Assembly: GCA_963836075.1 (NCBI GenBank)
Contig: CAWIIB010000009.1
Location: forward strand, 2,720,001 to 2,784,000
Direction of reading: 5' to 3'
DNA: 64,000 nt
Origin: an uncultured Acidobacteriota bacterium
GTDB lineage: Bacteria; Acidobacteriota; JAQAZP01
The notes below the pieces were generated by a model. It made no database searches. It was not told the origin of the DNA and was given only the letters and a program-made list of their open reading frames with translations. How positions within the stretch are numbered: the stretch's first letter is position 1; each line of letters opens with the position of its first letter. Shown here piece by piece: positions 59,855 to 64,000 of this stretch. A program made the position numbers and the translations under genes.

Positions 59855-60037
59855 GGGACAGTCAGGGACGTACTTGCGTTCTTACGTTCTGATGGCTGTA
59901 GGAGCGGCTCAGGTTCGGGGACGTACATGAATTTATGAATATTTAGATCTCTTCTCAAATTTAAGGATACATAAAACCGTGATCATTGGCGGAAGGCATG
60001 TCAAAATATTCATAAATTCATGTACGTCCCCGAACCT
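59855..60037. repeat. REPIN/MITE-like element: perfect 34-bp inverted repeats (59911-59944 and 60004-60037) plus a solo related repeat (59862-59888)
   Basis: AGGTTCGGGGACGTACATGAATTTATGAATATTT and its exact reverse complement around a 59-bp AT-rich spacer; solo TCAGGGACGTACTTGCGTTCTTACGTT. Confidence 0.88.
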
Positions 60038-60109
60038 TGAATCGGAAAGAGATCCGAGGAGATCGCCACGTCGCAGGCTTCGCCTGCTCCTCGCGATGAC
60101 AGGTGGGGG

Positions 60110-62455
60110 CTACTGGATGTAGCCCAGGGAGCGCAGCCGTTCGATGGCGGCCTGGTCGACTTCGGTGTCCGCGGCGTCGTTCTGTCCCGGGTCGGCCGCC
60201 ATCCACTGCCGCAACTCGGCCAGCAACGATGCCGCCAGGTCGGGCTGCTCCCCGGCCAGGTTGACCAGTTCCTGCGGGTCCTGGCCCAGGTCGTAGAGCT
60301 CGATCCGGTCGTCACCGTCCGGCGCCGGAGTGAGGATCAGCTTCCAGCCGTCGCGCCTGATCATCCGCAGGCGTCCCCGCAGGCCGGTGTCGGCCACCGC
60401 CTTCTCCTCGGCCCCGCTCTTCTGCGCCCGTGCCGACCGGATGCCCTCGAGCGGGCGCTTGATCAGCAGCCGGTCGTTGAGCAGGGGGTAGAAGCAGTAT
60501 CCGGTCTCGCCAAAGACCGCCCGCTCCGGTTCCTCCGGGGGCAGGGCCCCATGGATCAGCGGCAGCAGGCTGTGGCCGCCGTAGCCCGAGTCGGGCATCG
60601 GCACCGGGTCGCAGCCGGCAAGATCCAGCAGGGTGGGCATCAGGTCCATCAGGGTGGATTGTCGCGCGACCCGTTCTCCCCGCCGTTCGCCGCCGGGCAG
60701 CCGGAAGATCAGCGGGATGTGCATGGAGGGCTCGTAGAGGAAGTCGCCGTGGTCGAAGTAGAAGTCGTGCTCGCCGAGGCTCTCCCCGTGGTCCGAGGTG
60801 AAGACCACGATGGTCTGCTCCAGCTGGCCGGTCTGTTCCAGGGTGCGGAGCAGCCGTCCCACCAGCTGGTCGGTGAAACCGATCTCCCCGTCGTAGAGGT
60901 CCACGCCCCGCTGCCGGTCGCTCTCCGGCAGGTCGCAGCGGAAAATCATGTAGCCCTTGCTCACCAGGCCGTAGTGCAGCGATTTGCGATAGGGGCCGGC
61001 ATAGGGGGCGCCGAATTCCATGTTCCAGGGCGGGGGAGGCGCGTAGAGCATGTGCGGGTCGTAGTAGTGGACCCAGAAGAAGAACGGCTCCTCCTCGGGC
61101 AGCTGGGGCAACAGCCGCAACAGCTCTTCCGCCCGGCGGGTCAGCGGCTCACCATCTTCGAAGTGCACCTTGCTCCCCCGTTCGCCGGGGATGGTTCCCG
61201 GGCTGACAAAGCGGTCGTAGAGCGTGCGCAGGAACGGTGCCCGGTCCCAGTCCATGGCCGGCGTGTAGTAATAGTCGAACCCGCGGTGCAGGCCGCCGGA
61301 GGGGTGGACCAGGCCGTTGGCGTTCACGGCAAAGGTGTGGTAGCCCGCGTCGCGCAGTTTCTCGGCCAGCGTGGGAATCTCCGGGGGCAGGGCCATGCGC
61401 AGGTTGTCGCGGAGGCCGTGGTCCTGGGGGTAGAGACCGGTGTGCATGCTGGCCAGCGCGGGAACGGTGCGGGGCAGCGGGCAGACGTTCTGCTCGAAGA
61501 GCACTCCTTCCTCAGCCAGGCGGTCGATGTTCGGCGAGACCGGCCGCGGATAGCGGTAGCAGCCCAGGTGGTCGGCGCGCAGCGTATCCACCGAGATGAG
61601 CAGGATGTTGTGGCGTTGGGACGGCTCTTCCCCGGCCCGGGATTCACCCGGGATCAGGGCCCCCGGATCGTAGGGCCGGGGAGCGATGCCGGTGGCCAGC
61701 AGCACCGCCAGCAAAAGGACCAGCAGGGCCACGGTGGCGGGCATGGCCGAACCCACCCGTTCGGGCACCCCGGTTCTCCAGAGCTGGACCCGCCGGATCA
61801 GCCCGGCGGTGAGGGTCAGCAGAAGCGTGGCGGCCCCACCCCGAAACAGCGCCGGAATCAGCAGATCGCCCACCGGGCCGTCCCAGCGGGAGGTGGCGGT
61901 GAAGACCATGGCCAGGGCCAGCAGCAGCGGCAACAGGGCCAGCATGCGGTGGCTGCAGCCGCCCACCGGGCGGTGGGAGAGCGGTCGGAAGAGCAGCCAG
62001 TAGGCCAGCAGGGCCAGCGCCGCGGACAGCGTGACCCAGCCCAGGTTGAGCAGCAGCCGGCCGGTATCCGGCGGCAGGTTGAAGAGCACGTTGCCGCCCT
62101 CCACGTCCCCGGGAGTGTCCAGCGGGACGCGGAGCAGGGACAGGGCGGTGAAGAGAAAGAGCCCGGCCTGCAGGGCGGCCAGACGCAGCGGCTTCTGCCA
62201 GCGCCGGCAGTGAAAGACCAGGGGGAGCAGGAGGATCGAGACGCCGAGACCCAGCGCCGCGCCGGCAGCGGTGTAGTTCAGCAGGCTGGTGATGCCGTAG
62301 CGGCCCGGGCCGGGGGGGGGGTCGCCCCAGGCCAGCCGGAGCAACGATTCCACGCACCAGAACGCGGCGGCCGCGCCGGCCCAGAACAGCGTCCCTCCGG
62401 CAAGGTGGGACGATGGGGGAGGGGAAGGATGCTCGTCCGCCACACCTCTGATCAT
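60110..62455 (-). CDS. Multi-TM membrane protein with C-terminal sulfatase-like domain
   Basis: Several N-terminal TM helices; ISVDTLRADH, HYYDPH, SDHGE, DHGD, ELYDL..DP.E, RLRSLGYI. Start uncertain. Confidence 0.85.
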   Translation of the reverse strand: MIRGVADEHPSPPPSSHLAGGTLFWAGAAAAFWCVESLLRLAWGDPPPGPGRYGITSLLNYTAAGAALGLGVSILLLPLVFHCRRWQKPLRLAALQAGLFLFTALSLLRVPLDTPGDVEGGNVLFNLPPDTGRLLLNLGWVTLSAALALLAYWLLFRPLSHRPVGGCSHRMLALLPLLLALAMVFTATSRWDGPVGDLLIPALFRGGAATLLLTLTAGLIRRVQLWRTGVPERVGSAMPATVALLVLLLAVLLATGIAPRPYDPGALIPGESRAGEEPSQRHNILLISVDTLRADHLGCYRYPRPVSPNIDRLAEEGVLFEQNVCPLPRTVPALASMHTGLYPQDHGLRDNLRMALPPEIPTLAEKLRDAGYHTFAVNANGLVHPSGGLHRGFDYYYTPAMDWDRAPFLRTLYDRFVSPGTIPGERGSKVHFEDGEPLTRRAEELLRLLPQLPEEEPFFFWVHYYDPHMLYAPPPPWNMEFGAPYAGPYRKSLHYGLVSKGYMIFRCDLPESDRQRGVDLYDGEIGFTDQLVGRLLRTLEQTGQLEQTIVVFTSDHGESLGEHDFYFDHGDFLYEPSMHIPLIFRLPGGERRGERVARQSTLMDLMPTLLDLAGCDPVPMPDSGYGGHSLLPLIHGALPPEEPERAVFGETGYCFYPLLNDRLLIKRPLEGIRSARAQKSGAEEKAVADTGLRGRLRMIRRDGWKLILTPAPDGDDRIELYDLGQDPQELVNLAGEQPDLAASLLAELRQWMAADPGQNDAADTEVDQAAIERLRSLGYIQ

Positions 62456-62517
62456 CGGAGAACTCCATGTATATCAACAGGACAGTCGAACGTCTGGCGA
62501 ATTATACCGCACGGCGG

Positions 62518-63591
62518 TCAGGAGGCAACCGGCCGGTAGAGCGTGTCCCGCTGCCGCGGCTGGAAGCCCGATTCGCTGATCAGCGTCTTCACTTCCTCCT
62601 CGTCCGAGGTGATGACGTGGTCGGCGGAGCGGTGGACGTTCTCCTCCAGCAGCACGCCGCCGAAATCGTCGGCGCCGAAATGCAGGGCCAGCTGGCCGAT
62701 GGCTTTGCCCTCGGAGAACCAGGACGCCTGGATGTGGGGCACATTGTCCAGGTAGAGACGGGCCGTGGCCAGCAGGCGCAGGTAGCGCAGGGCGGCGGCA
62801 GCCCGGGGGACGACGCTTGGCAGATCGCTGTTGCCCGGCTTGCAGCTCCAGGGAATGAAGGCGGTGAAGCCGCCGGTCTCGTCCTGCAGTCGGCGCAGGC
62901 GGTCCAGGTGCTCGATGACCTCCTCGTCCGTTTCCAGGTGGCCGAACATCATCGTGGCGGTGGTGCGGAAGCCCGCCAGGTGGGCCTGGCGCATGACTTC
63001 CAGCCACTGGTCGGGGGAGCATTTCTCCGGGCTGATGCGCTGCCGTACGCGGGAGCTGAGGATCTCCGCCCCGCCCCCGGGGATGGTTCGCTGGCCGGCG
63101 GCGTACAGGCGGTCCAGCACCTGACGAACGTCGAGGCCGCTCCGCGCCGCCAGGGCGTGGATCTCGGGGGGGGAGAAGAAATGCGGATTGATGCCCGGCG
63201 TCGCTTTTTTCACCTCGCGCACCAGGGAGAGGAAATAGTCCAGCGGCAGGTCGGGGTTCACCCCGCCCTGGAGCAGCATGGTGGTGGCCCCGGCGGCAGC
63301 CGCCGCCTCGGCCTTGGCCACGATTTCCTCCACGGTGAGGGTGTAGCCTTCCGCCGATTCCGGGGAGCGGAAAAAGGCGCAGAAACGGCAGCCTACGGTG
63401 CAGATGTTGGTGTAGTTGGGATTGGTGTCGATGATGTAGGTGACCTGCGGTTCGGGATGCAGGGTGAACCGGGCCTCCTGGGCCAGGGCGCCCAGGCGGG
63501 GCAGATCCCGGTCGGCCAGCAGCGCCAGGCCGGCGACCCGGGAGAGACGGCGCAGAGTCCCGCCTCCCTGCTCAGGGCCTGTCCGTTTCAT
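62518..63591 (-). CDS. mqnC: Cyclic dehypoxanthine futalosine synthase (radical SAM)
   Basis: NYTNICTVGCRFCAF (CxxxCxxC), LLQGG, PGGGAEIL, TATMMFGH, GGFTAFIPW, IQASW, GADDFG.V..EENV, QRDTLY. Confidence 0.88.
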   Translation of the reverse strand: MKRTGPEQGGGTLRRLSRVAGLALLADRDLPRLGALAQEARFTLHPEPQVTYIIDTNPNYTNICTVGCRFCAFFRSPESAEGYTLTVEEIVAKAEAAAAAGATTMLLQGGVNPDLPLDYFLSLVREVKKATPGINPHFFSPPEIHALAARSGLDVRQVLDRLYAAGQRTIPGGGAEILSSRVRQRISPEKCSPDQWLEVMRQAHLAGFRTTATMMFGHLETDEEVIEHLDRLRRLQDETGGFTAFIPWSCKPGNSDLPSVVPRAAAALRYLRLLATARLYLDNVPHIQASWFSEGKAIGQLALHFGADDFGGVLLEENVHRSADHVITSDEEEVKTLISESGFQPRQRDTLYRPVAS

Positions 63592-64000
63592 CGGGGAACT
63601 CCTCTCTGTAGATGGTCCTGAACCGGTCGATGGCCTTTTTTTCCGCCGTGCGGAACCGGTAGTTGAACCCCCCGAGGTAGCGCTCCACCTCCGCGGGGGG
63701 GAGCCCCAACCGCCGGCCGTGGCGTCGGGGGCCGGCCGGGTCGGCCGCCTCGTAGCGCCGGAGGGCCTGGTCCAGGCCCCGCTGCAGGTCCTGCCGCAGT
63801 TCCTCGTCCAGCGAGCGGCGCACCGCCCAGCGGGCAAAGACAAAGGGCAGCCCGGTCATCTGGTGCCACACCTCGGCCAGGTCCATGCGGAAGGGGAACT
63901 GACGGCTGAAGTGGTCGGCGTGGAGCAGGGCCCGGTCCCCGATGAGCAGGACGGCGTCGAAGCGGGAGAGCACGTTTGTGCTCTGCCGGTCGGTGATCAT
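63572..64000 (-). CDS. mqnA: Chorismate dehydratase / futalosine pathway MqnA (5' end outside the window)
   Basis: AVLLIGDRAL, DLAEVWHQMTGLPFVFARW; adjacent to mqnC. Confidence 0.85.
   Translation of the reverse strand: MITDRQSTNVLSRFDAVLLIGDRALLHADHFSRQFPFRMDLAEVWHQMTGLPFVFARWAVRRSLDEELRQDLQRGLDQALRRYEAADPAGPRRHGRRLGLPPAEVERYLGGFNYRFRTAEKKAIDRFRTIYREEFPDETDRP

Noticed and set aside
62518-63843. Possible MqnA-MqnC fusion or extended MqnC
   Set aside because: mqnA ends at 63572 in another frame and mqnC starts at 63591; this is an ordinary short overlap.

Overview
High-GC bacterial chromosomal window with about 50 densely packed CDSs and no rRNA, tRNA, CRISPR array, integrase or transposase that I can support. 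The gene content suggests a diderm, Acidobacteriota-like organism; this is inference from VWA/Ig-like, TPR, sulfatase-like and Ser/Thr kinase genes, lipid A acyltransferase, and futalosine-pathway mqnA/mqnC. Recognisable genes include pyrH, galT, rqcH/NFACT, czcCBA-type RND efflux, trxB, alpha-2-macroglobulin with pbpC, an OYE reductase, and M23, S8, M1 and M29 peptidases. Main observations: (1) a translationally coupled operon in which a Cys-rich DUF318/SO_0444-type metal permease is fused to an HflK-like SPFH domain, followed by HflC-like and HflK-like genes with no ftsH in the window, possibly an SPFH cage built around a transporter; (2) a probable selenoprotein (peroxiredoxin-like, W-U-P-Y-C) split by the ORF track, with a SECIS-like hairpin; (3) a Rossmann/Cys-PAS histidine kinase paired with a receiver fused to a GcvH-like domain lacking the lipoyl lysine, next to an atypical kinase-like gene; (4) several intergenic REP/REPIN- or MITE-like inverted-repeat families, including two GGGACGTAC-core types in reciprocal arrangement at two loci; (5) three single-base frameshifts in short G/C runs, probably assembly errors. 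All family assignments come from motif recognition by eye; no searches were run.
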